Positions 1 through 10,836 of a DNA stretch of 20,832 nucleotides are shown piece by piece (positions within the stretch are counted from its first letter, which is position 1; each line of letters starts with the position of its first letter). The stretch spans positions 62,001 to 82,832 of the forward strand of contig JBEWZL010000135.1 of NCBI GenBank assembly GCA_045837725.1, in the 5' to 3' direction. The translations under genes were made by a program, and so were the position numbers. Below the pieces are notes generated by a model, which worked only from the letters and a program-made list of their open reading frames with translations, was not told the origin of the DNA and searched no databases. This DNA is from Vermamoeba vermiformis (taxonomy: Eukaryota).

Positions 1-834
1 AAGGTAGGAACATTTTCGCGTTTTGACATTTATTACCATATTTGGCTAATTATACCATATTTGTAGTTCTATCATGTACACGGTTAATCCGTTGAACTCG
101 ATGATTAAGAAGGCACAAGACGATGAGTCGCAATTTCCTTTTATGGAAAGTTCATCGGAGCCGTTTTTCTTGACACTCGCTGCGGCTAGTGCGATTGCCA
201 AAAATGGAAAAGATATGACTGAACTGATTGGCCAGCACAAGGGCGATAAATTGTACGTTTGATCGCTTCAGTTATTATTTAGTACTAATGTCTTTATGCA
301 CTAGGGGTTATTATTCGGTCACTATTATTGACGTCATTTCGCTGCGTGAAAAATTCGATGCGACTGCAAAGAATGTGGTGTTGTTGCTTGAAAAGGCAAA
401 GGATCAGATCGAAACGTAAGAAATATTTGCAAACAATCATGGAGATATTTTTTTAATTGTAATCACATTGTATTTAACAGCGAAGATATTACGCAAAAGT
501 TAATCGCGAACAAATTGTACGTGAATGACGGCGTGGCAGTGAATGACAATGTGCGACAGCAATCAATGCTCGAAAAGAATTCACTGAACGGCTTGTTCGA
601 TCACGAGAAATTTGCTACAGGCGCTAAAGTACGTATTATTCGTTGATTTAATGATCATCACAAATGAGTGCTCATTATTTATTTGTTATATAGAATGCGT
701 ATACTTTATCTGGCCTAGCGTTAGCGACGAAATCTAGTTTCAATCAAGAGCTGATCCAATCGGCGGTCGAAGGAAAGAACATGTTTGGTGTAGAGTTAGA
801 TTATATTGAAGAGGGCTTGACTACACGACTGTAA
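1..834 (+). CDS. Hypothetical protein, 5'-partial, at least 4 introns; ends ...GVELDYIEEGLTTRL*
   Basis: Hand-spliced GT-AG introns (~4-66, 254-304, 416-480, 630-693) join exons into one frame: ...SIMYTVNPLNSM...KGDKL|GYYSVTIIDV...KDQIET|EDITQKL...ATGAK|NAYTLSG...TTRL, TAA at 832-834. No family recognised. Confidence 0.7.
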
Positions 835-1057
835 ATAATACTAAAGTTCCTCAGATAATTTACTATATTTGTTGGTGGTGCGACAAACTGTTACTATTGG
901 TCTCACGTCATTAGTGCTGGCAGTAGAGTTCTATAATCTAAAGCTTAGCAATTTTGAAAATCTGTCGTTTGTTGAAAATTTCATCAGATCCGTTACTAAA
1001 TTTAGTAGTCTGAATAACTGGTACCAACATAAAGAGGTTTTTACGAATGTTTACTTA

Positions 1058-2578
1058 TTAATTATCGTGCAAATACCAATCAAACATCTCGTGCACCAAC
1101 GCATTAAAATTAAATGCACCTGCGACAATGCAAAGGTGCCAGATCTGATGACTCGTTGGCTAAAAATACATTAATAAACCATTGTGATATGCATACAGTT
1201 ATTTACTTACAAATATACTTAATCTTCCGTCAGGGAAGGCTCGTTCAGGAAATCTCGTTATAAAAAAAGCTAATCCGACGCCATAGCATAGGTATGTCAA
1301 CGCGTAGCGCTTGAGGACGAACCAAGTCTACATATAATCGATTACTAATTAATATTATTGATTATAATAGTAATCGGAGTTTTGCAATGAATCAATTTGC
1401 GCTTGGTGAATCTGGATCGACTATTTTTTGGCCAAATAGCTTACTTGATTCATGATGGATATCTTCGCGACTAATATTATTCCGAATATAAACATAAATA
1501 ATAGCATTTTCATCCTATAACAACGTAAATTAGAACTGTCTTAAACTTGAATTTTTGTACTGGATCTTGCCTTCTAGCCTCGTCTTTGATTAAATCGCAA
1601 GTCAATAAGAAAGATATGACTAAGTACGATAAATATACGAGTACTATTAAATACAAGCATGCTTGCGTCGGATGTTTGTGGAATCCGTAAAAAGTGACGT
1701 AGAGCTCTGAAAAAATGAACGCTGAAAGAATTCCAACGTGATCGATTCTTTCCCTAATAAGGAAATAAATTAATTTAATAAAATTGATGTGATAATTCGG
1801 GTTTGTTTTAGCTACTTGCCAGCAATGACATGCGGATTCGGAATGACAAGAAAATAAATGATACAAGGCACTTGAGCCCAAGCACAATATTACTCCAGTA
1901 TAGTACATTAATAATAATGCCCTAGCGAAAGGAAATATTAGCGATTAAATTGATTGGCTCCAGATCCAAAAATATGATTAGTTGGCGTTACCCATGTATT
2001 GGTCCGTATTTGTGTTCAAATTCGTTGCCGCGTATTAAATCGACAGATAAATATATATAATACATCAGAGGTATTAAATGAGTCCAAATATTGCCTGCCA
2101 GAATTAGATCGAATTCTAGATCGTTTTTGGATCCGATTATATTCTTACCAGTTTGATTATGAATAGAAAATAACGTCTTTATGCATTCCAAATATGAGTT
2201 TTTCTCGTTTCTATAGCCATACGTGATCCATTCAAGGTGCATCCAGCGAGGAACTTTCGAGATGGGCAAAGCTTCGGACATTATTGTTTTTGAGCTATAA
2301 AAATTGCATTAATATTTTTAAAAATACGTGAATACTGTCATATTATCATTTTCGTTGTTATTAATAATTGCTAATGTAAAAAAATATCTTTACCGGCCAG
2401 ATCTTGGTCCCATTTCTTGGCTCTTATCGTAATGACCGTTCATAATATGATTTCCATTACAATTTTCATTGTGTGAATGGCCATTTTGGTCTGAACTGAG
2501 GCTGAACTCAGATTTGGTGCCGTTAAGCAACGAGTCTGCACTAGATCTCCTTGCCTTTCTTCGTAGTGATATTGCCAT
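1058..2578 (-). CDS. PAQR / adiponectin-receptor (haemolysin III family) 7-TM protein
   Basis: Spliced product contains the PAQR motifs 'GYR...FSIHNQTGNIWTH', 'SSALYHLFSCHSE...ERIDHVGI' and 'TRFPERAFPDG...TSHQIWH' (Zn-binding His residues). ATG at 2578 (MAISLRRK), TAA at 1058. 7 introns, two of them GC-AG. Confidence 0.92.
1515..1570 (-). other. GC-AG intron in PAQR gene
   Basis: Donor AG|GCAAGA and acceptor TTATAG|G join 'KDEARR' to the hydrophobic 'MKMLLFMFIFGIILV'. The nearby GTACAA donor gives a non-hydrophobic frame. Confidence 0.7.
1754..1819 (-). other. GC-AG intron in PAQR gene (66 nt, in frame, stop-free)
   Basis: Donor TG|GCAAGT and acceptor ATTAG|G give 'CHSESACHCWERIDHVGI', which has the same spacing as AdipoR 'CHSEKVSRTFSKLDYSGI'. 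Confidence 0.8.
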
Positions 2579-2875
2579 TAATATAATATACATAGAAATA
2601 ATATAAAAATAATATTTGAAGTTGTTTGGTGTTCTCAAACCTAAACAGAATAAACAAAAACTATTGCACTTATTTGAAATGGCGTTGGACTAACAAAGCG
2701 AAAAGTAACATTACTATAAAAAGTTAACTGTTATAAACTATGTGATTTCATAACAAACTTTCGACAATCTAGTCAGGCGTACCAGCCTATTCAAATTGAA
2801 ATTTCGTACGTTTGGGTGGATCGACGTCGATAGTTAAGCTTGGTTTGCCCCGAAACAACATAACAACAGGTTTAT

Positions 2876-4439
2876 TTAGTTTTTGATAAAGTTGTAAATC
2901 TTTTCATTGACCTCTTGCGGCATATCATGCTGCACCAAATGAGAGGCGTTGTCAAGAATTTCGTACTTGCCATTCTCGCAGAACTTAACGCTTTCATAAG
3001 CGCATTCTTCGACTAAAGCGCGGTCCTTCTTGCCCCATAGGATCAAGGTAGGCGCTTGAATCTTATTTTCTGGGTATTTAGCGCTGAAAATATAAAATTA
3101 AGTTTTCGATCTCGGGATCAGATCTTTCATAAATTCCTCGGTTCGTACCCTATATTAGCCTTATAATACTTCAACATAGAGGATAGAGCATTAGGTGCAG
3201 ACCACATCTTATGCGCTTGTTGAATATCATAGGCTGAGTACGATTTTTCATTGGCGCTCAATAAAGCTCCAGTTAACCATCCAAAATTATCCCTATAATA
3301 AGAAAATTAACATATATATTCATATATAACTATAATAGTAATTTTAACGTAATTTTAACGACTTACTTGGCAAGTTTATATTCGACCATAGAATAGGGGA
3401 AGAAGTTGAAAAAAGCCATGTAATATAATCGCACTATTTGCATCGGATTAGCTTTAACGACGTTCTTAATTGCAGGAGGATAAGGAGCGTTTAATATAAT
3501 CAGTTTGTGGAGTCGATCTGAATGTCTGACGGCTACATTCCAAGACACCATTGCTCCCCAATCATGGCCAACGAGCTAAAATCATCGTTAATACTAATAT
3601 TTGAGTAATGATATGATGCTGTAATATTCTACTTAAGTATATTTTTTAAGGCTAAAATGAGCGCTGATCCGATCGAACAGAAATTTCAAATGCCGGGTAT
3701 ATTTTTACTAATTCTATTGTTTTCTAATATCATTTCTTACGTAGGCTTTGCCGGTCTTGCCAGCAAAAGTATCGATGACGCTGATAATGTCGGTAACTAA
3801 GATTTCAAGTTGGTACGCGGATTCGGCTTTATCAAACAATTGTTAGAAACTTCCTAACTACTTATATAATACGAATAATATTATATAGATCTACATTGTA
3901 CTTACCTTCAGGTTTATCTGAAGTGTTGTAGCCTCGCATATCGGGTAAAATGACGTAATAACCTTTATCAACAAAATATTTGACTTGGGCCTTCCAACTT
4001 AACAAGCTAATATTAAATAAAATTAGTATTGTGGATGGCTCTATATATAAAGCTTCAGTCTTACCCACTCTCCGGAAATCCGTGCAAGAAAATCAAAATA
4101 TTATTTGGATCTGCCTTTCCACCAGTCCAAACGTGCAAATTAATGCCGCTGCTCGTTTTAACATATTGCTAATATATATAATAATTAGTTTCACGAGTAA
4201 TTTACTCCAAATAATTTCAATTTAGTTCGGATACCGAAACCATAGTCCAATTAACTTACTTCAGATAATAAAGACAAAGCTTCTAAATCGGTCTTTGATG
4301 GCTCTGTGTTGGGACTAAGTCTTCCCAAGGGAAGATCATCGGCTACGTACATCCAAGTCGCGAAGAAATAGCCAAAGAACGCGAATCCAATCAACCAAAG
4401 GTACAATATGGTTTTAAATATAAATTTTATAGCACCCAT
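2876..4439 (-). CDS. Alpha/beta-fold epoxide hydrolase (EPHX3/EPHX4-like) with N-terminal membrane anchor
   Basis: Motifs FLHGFPES, PDMRGYNTSDKP, LVGHDWGA (nucleophile Asp), cap Tyr residues (YYMAFF, KYYKAN), ILWGKKD (acid) and NASHLVQHD (His). Hydrophobic N-terminus. 6 GT-AG introns, stop TAA at 2876. Confidence 0.92.
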
Positions 4440-4574
4440 GATGTGGATAGTGGTGTCTAATGTACTCGTGGCATAAAACTGAATTTTACCTCCTGTTCAA
4501 TTTTTTTGGTTTGCCGCCAGATCCCATTCAATTTTTCACAAGTGACCGATAGGACACATTAAATAATCAATTAA

Positions 4575-5195
4575 TGCTATGTCAAAGATCGCTATAGCCA
4601 CCGCATCAAGTAGACATCCTATGCCTTGAATGCAGTCAACAACATTATTGTTGAATGGTGTACTTCATGGCAACCATTGTGCTTCTTTGATTTCAACACA
4701 AACTGGCTTTTTAAATTCTATAATCCCATTCGGTAACCCAAAAAATACGCGCCAGCTGTAAAAGCTAGCCTTCTTTAGGGCCAAGGCCTTGATTGCAACC
4801 TACCGCTTAACTGAAAATTCGTTCTCCTGTATTATTACCTATAATATCTAATAGCTTGACGACATACATAGATTTATTTTTTTTAAATAATTTTCAAGCC
4901 TTGCACCGTCGAAAAATTCTGATCTAAAATTGCGGTAAATCCTCCGCTGCGATAACCTCTGTTTAGCGAAGCAAGTTGTATTCAGTACTCACCGAAGTAG
5001 AGAGGCCGAACAATAATGTCCACCAGGTACAGGTGGGTTTGTCCGCCGAAATGTTACAGGTAAATTCTTCTCTTTGGATTCGGTTCGAAAGAAATATTTG
5101 TATGCAAAGATCTTGTTTGATTATAGGGTTCATTAACTACTAAAAAATTATCCCGAGAGGTAACAATCACTGAAGTCAACTGTAAGCCCAGATAA
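4575..5195 (+). pseudogene. Possible decayed spliced gene fragment of unknown family
   Basis: Exon-like blocks flanked by GT/AG (TSYALNAVNNIIVEWCTSWQPLCFFDFNTNWLFKFYNPIR; RSKLYSVLTEVERPNNNVHQVQVGLSAEMLQ at 4967-5059; GSLTTKKLSREV... from 5127). There is an in-frame TAG at 4611 and no consistent start. Confidence 0.25.
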
Positions 5196-5391
5196 ACGGG
5201 AAATACAAACAAGTTTACTGCCGATAAACCCCAGTCCAAATATGGTAAGTCGGAAACTTAAACTCTGACAGGCGATCATGCCATAAAGTTCGAAAACTAT
5301 TTTGTGGTCTATTTTTAACCGAACAGAAACTATAAAAAGTACAGCAGTGCAAAATCATAAATATTTATAATCTTTCTCAACGTTGAACAAC

Positions 5392-6256
5392 ATGAAAGTA
5401 GCACTTCTTGTATTCATTATCACTTTGCTCGCTGCTGGCTGCTACGCTGGTCGTTATCTGGAGATCTACTCCGATAGCAACTGTGTAGATCTTGTTGCTG
5501 TTGATTGGGTAAGAATGCTTGACCATAAAAGATATATATCTAACCGTTATGCAGTGTTCTGAGTGCGGTACTGGAACCGATGTCGTTTGCAGTGCTACTG
5601 GCGGTGGATCTTCCAACTACTACTCGTTATCTTACGACTACGCTTTTGCTTATGCAGATGATATTCCCTCCGACTTTGCCCGCATTGCGTATAAAAAAGC
5701 TGGTGATTGCGCTACCATGGATGCCACAAACGTAGACTTTACTGCGGGTAAGCATCCGAAACTGTAAATTCGGTTCACAAACGAAAATTGTGTTCTAAAT
5801 TTGGTTCTGTTAGTCAACGCCTCGCAACTGGGAGAGTGTCTTGGCTACTACGAAGGAAGCCAAAGTGCAATCCGAATTAGCGGATGCGACGGAACGAACC
5901 CGATCACATTCCAATACTACGATATCAGTTCTACTTGCAGTTATAACTCACCTCCTGGTACCTTTTCGAGCACTTGTGGTGAGATTGGCTCAACGGGCGT
6001 TTTTGGTCTCGGAGCTTGTCCAAACGAGCAACTTTTCGGAATTCCAGCTACACCGACTAGCCCTCCTGTTGACGCACCCGTCAGCGCTCCTATTGATAGC
6101 ACTCCAAGCGCCAGTCCTACTGCTAGCAATTCTCCATCTGGTTCAAACAGTCCTTCGTCAAACAGCCCGACTAAATCGACCACTCCCGTCAAATCTTCTG
6201 ACGCCGCAAAAATAACTATGGAAATACTCGCTGTTATTGCTTTGTTCCTTTTTTAA
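5392..6256 (+). CDS. Secreted Cys-rich, Ser/Thr/Pro-stalk, probably GPI-anchored cell-surface protein
   Basis: Signal peptide MKVALLVFIITLLAAGCYA, a Cys-rich ectodomain and a PTSPPVDAPVSAPIDSTPSASPTASNSPSG stalk. C-terminus KSSDAAKITMEILAVIALFLF* has small residues followed by a hydrophobic tail. 2 GT-AG introns. Confidence 0.85.
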
Positions 6257-6502
6257 AATAATAAACATACCTTTTTGTCTCTTTCGCTAACCGCCGATTT
6301 TTTTGAAATTGAAATCGATTCTTTGGCGTTGGAAATCATCATTGGTCGCGTCGGTCAGAAACATAAATACTTGACCGTTAACAACGAAACTCTTCGTAGT
6401 AATTGCGGTACTATTAGGCCCACTAGTTTCTGCCCAATTTCTCAAATGCAGGAGGGTTGAGATCTGGTTCGAGAAAGCGTTTATTCCTCCCACTCCTTCG
6501 AA

Positions 6503-7055
6503 ATGAACACATTCAGTAGTTGGCGATGCTATTTGCGAACTCGAAAATTTCGAATAAATCCATTATTAGACAGAAATCAGTTGGTAAGACAAGATCCAAA
6601 TTTGATTTAATTCGTAAAATAGATAAAATTGTAAATATTAATATGAATTATCAGATATTTGATGTAATCCATCCTGGCAAAAAATCAATCTCGAAAAAAG
6701 AAGTCCAAGAACAAATTGCATTGACATACTTCGCCGATCCGAATTTGATTGTCGTATTTGGCCTTAAGATCAAGCTATGGAGGCTATGGATCATCCGGAT
6801 TTGCATTAATTTATCATAATTTACGAGCTATGCAATCCTTTGAGCCAAAGCACCGCCAAAAAAAGTACTCTGTAAGCAAATCTGACATTTGTCTTAAATG
6901 AACGATTAAATTAATGTTAATTACAGAATCGATCTGGCACTCCACGATTTGCTCGTAAAATTAGGAAAAATCACGTTAAAATACAACGAGCAAGAAGGAA
7001 AAAAATTGCTCGAACCCGCAAAATCAATTATTATGATCTCAGAGGAAGCTGGTAA
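6503..7055 (+). pseudogene. RPS24: Divergent 40S ribosomal protein eS24 (RPS24) paralogue with a +1 frameshift (pseudogene, recoded gene or sequence error)
   Basis: Exons 6503-6583, 6655-6871 and 6927-7055 encode LRTRKFRINPLLDRNQL|IFDVIHPGKKSISKKEV...VVFGL[+1]RSSYGGYGSSGFALIY...FEPKHR, matching eS24 motifs (IRTRKF..N.LL.R.Q, DVLHPG, FG...FGGG..GF..IY, EPKHR). One extra base near 6763-6767. Confidence 0.85.
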
Positions 7056-7231
7056 AGAAAATTGTAGGAAAATGTATCATAATTAAACGCGTACATACCA
7101 AATGAAAGGTTCACTATAGCCTCGACTTCTTCCCCGACTAGATTCACTTAAGCGGATGCCGCACTTACGTTCTACTGCAACTAATTAATTCGCAATTATT
7201 TATGTACATGTGTATATCACTCATTGTGTTG

Positions 7232-10200
7232 TTATAGCGTAGCGCCATATTCTTCCAACAACTTATCTTGTTCATGCTGATCCAGTTGTTCGTAACCAGT
7301 GAATTCCATCGTAAATGACGCATTGCCCTTAGTAATGCTTCGTAAATCAGTTGAATAGCCGAGTAGTCCAGTGAGCGGCACCGTGCAGTAGATCATGCGC
7401 TTGCCTTCTGCACTTTGATCCATATTTTGAATGTCACTACCACGCTTGCTCAGATCTGCTAACACTCCGCCCAGGAACTGCAAGAATAAACATTATAAGG
7501 TATAATAATAATATGAATATTATGCACGATCGAGTATAGTATAATATAATATGAAGATGCTGATGGTTTTGGATCTGACATACCTCCTCGCTGACTGAAA
7601 TTTCAACTTTCATGATTGGCTGCAATAACACTGGTGCTGCTTCTCGGGCAATTTCTTCCACGGCCTATAAGAATAATATTAGCTTCGTACACTGAGTATA
7701 TACTTATTTGCCAAATAAGGCAATTTTCGGTATCAACGTACCTGCACAGCAGCAATCTTAAAAGTATGTGGCAATGCACCAGTGTGCTGCACTTCAACTA
7801 GGGCAATGTTTGTATCGACCAATGGGAAGCCAGACGGCACGCCAGATCTGAATGCGTCTCGAACACCTTCTTCGATCGCTGAATAGACTTCGTTGCGTTG
7901 TTTGGATGTAGCGCCTAATGCGTCCTTATTGAACATCGGATCCAACTAAAAAATGAAATTTCGTTAAATTTTGTTGCCGAGTAATTACGTTGTAATTGGG
8001 TCATTTGCATACCTCGAAGTTGTTTCCTTTGCCTGGAGCTAACGGAGAAATTCGGAGTTTTAACGTGATCGAATCTTGTTTGCCACCAATCGTGTACAGG
8101 CGCGTGAATTCTCCTTCGTGTTCTTGCGTCACTGTAGCTCTGAAAAAAATAATGTAAATTTGTTGTAGCAATAATTTAAACGATTTTGATAGAGCTAATA
8201 AACCGTGGAAAGCACGCACTTAAATTTCTAACATAATAAAATTATAGTGTAATTGGCAGTATTATTTGCTCTTAGTTAAAAATTTTTTTAATAATACGTA
8301 CTTGTAGGCAATGTAAATACGGCCAGTTTGCGCATTGACCTTATAATGATTTAAAATTCTGTCGACAATCGTCTCTAAATGCAATTCACCCATGCCACTG
8401 ATCAGCGTCTGATTGGTATCGCTATAAAAGGAAATGTTAGCCAAATATGGTAACCGCAACGCTTTGCAAAGATTACGTACGGATTAACGCTCCATCGGAA
8501 GCTCGGATCTTCTAATTGCAAAGTCTGCAAAGCATTCTTGAGCGGTTCTTCTTGCGAATTCGATTCTGGGAATATTGAACAGAAAAACACGGGCTCGGGA
8601 ACTTTCATTCCTTTCAAGACCATTCTGTCTTCTTTGCCACCTGTCAAAGTGTCACCTGTACTAGTGTGCTTAAGTCCAATCGCTGCTCCGATATCACCGG
8701 CTTGAATTTCCTTTTACGGAAAGTCAGATTCAGATCCACAATTTTTCAACGCAACTAAATAAACTTACTTTAACGTCTTCAAATGCATCAGCCGATACTC
8801 TCACTAATCTCATTGTTCGCTCGTCTTTATCTTTTGTTGAATTCAAAATTCTTTCGCCTGCCTTGAACGTGCCCGAATAAACTCTGAAATACACGATCAA
8901 ACCTCGTTGAAGATGATGAACGACCTAACAAAATAAAATTAATAAAAGTTATTGCGTGTGTGAATAATATAATACGTACTTTGAAAGCTAATGCGCACAA
9001 AGGTCCTTTCGGATCTGGACTCAATTGCACAACTTTGTCTTTGTTGTCAGGCATAACTGCTTCAACTAACGGTCTCTCTTCGGGCGATGGTAAATAATCA
9101 ATAACGGCATCTAATAGTAATTGCACTCCCTAGGAAGATAGGAATTAGACAAAATAAGTATCGATCAAAGTGTCTTTGCAACAATTTTCTTGCCTTGTTC
9201 TTCAACGAAGATCCGCAAAGAACGACAATGCCTCGATTGGCCAATACTAGTCTTCGCAAGGCAGCCGATAATTCCGCTTTTGGCACTTTCGTGTTAATGT
9301 TCTCTAATCATCAAAAGTACCGTTAGAATAACTGCAAAGATTAATCACGTGCAAATGAACGGTAATTACCATCCAAAAACATTTCCATCACTTTTTCATC
9401 TTGTTCGGCGACTTTCTCCACCAATTCATTTCGTGCATCAATGGCCCGTTCATACGAATCGTGGGATTCGTCAATGGGCGTCCTAATTAGGAATTATAAT
9501 TCATTAGCATCAATACAACTACGTCGCCAAGCCTATTGTTCCTCATGTAGAACGTAGTGGACAACTTCTTTTAGCTTTAAAACGTACTTTGTATAAGTAA
9601 TTCCCATATCGTCCTCTTTCCACACAACTTCTTCCATTGATACCAAGTCGATCACACCGCGGAAGTTTTTGGCTGTGGACAGGTATTAGTATTAAATACC
9701 AAATAGTTTGTTTAGTACGTACTCGTTCCTAGTGGCAGCTGTGTAACAAATGTCTGCGCATTGAGTCTCTTGTTAATCATTTCCACTGACCGATGCAGTG
9801 AGGCGCCTTCACGGTCCATTTTATTCAAAAATGCAATGCGTGGCACTCCGTACCGATTGGCTTGATGCCACACGGTTTCAGATTGCGCTTGTACGCCCTA
9901 TCATTTACTTTCAATATTTTCATATAGTAGGCGATGGCTATAACAAAAGCATACCTGTACCGCATCAAAAATTGCAATTGCACCATCAAGAACTCGAACG
10001 GATCTCTCAACCTCAACCGTAAAATCAACGTGGCCAGGAGTATCAATCAAGTTGAACGTGTGATCTCGCCATCTATTTAAATCATTAGTATACATTAATA
10101 ATGTATATGAATCAATATTACTTGAATGTAATAGCTGCTGAAGTAATTGTAATGCCTCGTTCTCGCTCCATTTTTAGATAATCCAATACCGTGTCTCCGC

Positions 10201-10676
10201 GATCAACATCTAATTTACATGAATTAATCATATTGTATGTATTAAGCATTATAATAAGGTTTCTTACCGCCCATATATTTAACGAAGCCAGAATAAAATA
10301 ACATTCGTTCTGCTGTCGTAGTTTTTCCAGCGTCAACGTGAGCAATAATACCAATATTTCTGACTGTCCTCAGCTTTGAGCCTAATAATAATGTTATTAA
10401 AATTTTAATTAACAAATGTCACGAGGCAGTGAGTTAACAATGGATCTGCTTCTTAAAATTGGCCAATAATTACTAGTCTTTTTTATACTGGGTGCTGCCG
10501 GTGTAGAATAACATGAGAATAAACTGCCGGATTTTGTTCTAATTTTTAAAATTAGTTGGGGGCACGAGACATTTATCAAGATCTATAAATATTTACCTGG
10601 AGCCAGAAAACAAAGAGGAAGCAGCACTTTCCTTTTTTGTGGCACTTAAAAGGGTATTTTTAATTAATCGGAACAT
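7232..10676 (-). CDS. GFM2: Mitochondrial elongation factor G2 / ribosome-releasing factor 2
   Basis: N-terminal mitochondrial-type presequence ([15 protein letters not shown]...). G-motifs [28 protein letters not shown]. '[12 protein letters not shown]' and 'PEPVFFCSI' are typical of EF-G2mt. Also LEDPSF...[10 protein letters not shown] and [12 protein letters not shown]. About 16 introns. Confidence 0.88.
9130..9193 (-). other. GC-AG intron in EF-G2 gene
   Basis: Donor AAG|GCAAGA and acceptor CCTAG|GGA restore the conserved EF-G motif '[23 protein letters not shown]'. Confidence 0.9.
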
Positions 10677-10836
10677 TGAAAGTTAGGGCTCCTGTTGTCA
10701 TACGATGGATCTGCTAGCAAATCTGACAAAAACAATCAACAGTTGATTGAACCTCATTGACTGCTTTATATTTTTAAAAAGTACACATATTTGTCAATAT
10801 GGCTTTCAGATAATTATCAAGCGACAATCATTTCGC

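Noticed and set aside
30-63. Short direct repeat (TACCATATTTG x2); similarly AATTTTAACG x2 at ~3340-3360
   Set aside because: Local slippage duplications inside introns, not an array or mobile element.
869-1174. 101 aa + strand ORF
   Set aside because: Non-ATG start, antisense to the last PAQR exon and 3'UTRs, and no recognisable protein features.
6275-6493. Short ORFs on both strands between the GPI gene and RPS24-like gene
   Set aside because: No ATG-initiated, consistently spliced model and no recognisable motif.
7232-10676. Calling the gene EF-G1/GFM1 or bacterial fusA
   Set aside because: It has introns and a presequence, and the '[11 protein letters not shown]' and 'PEPVFFCSI' motifs fit EF-G2mt better.
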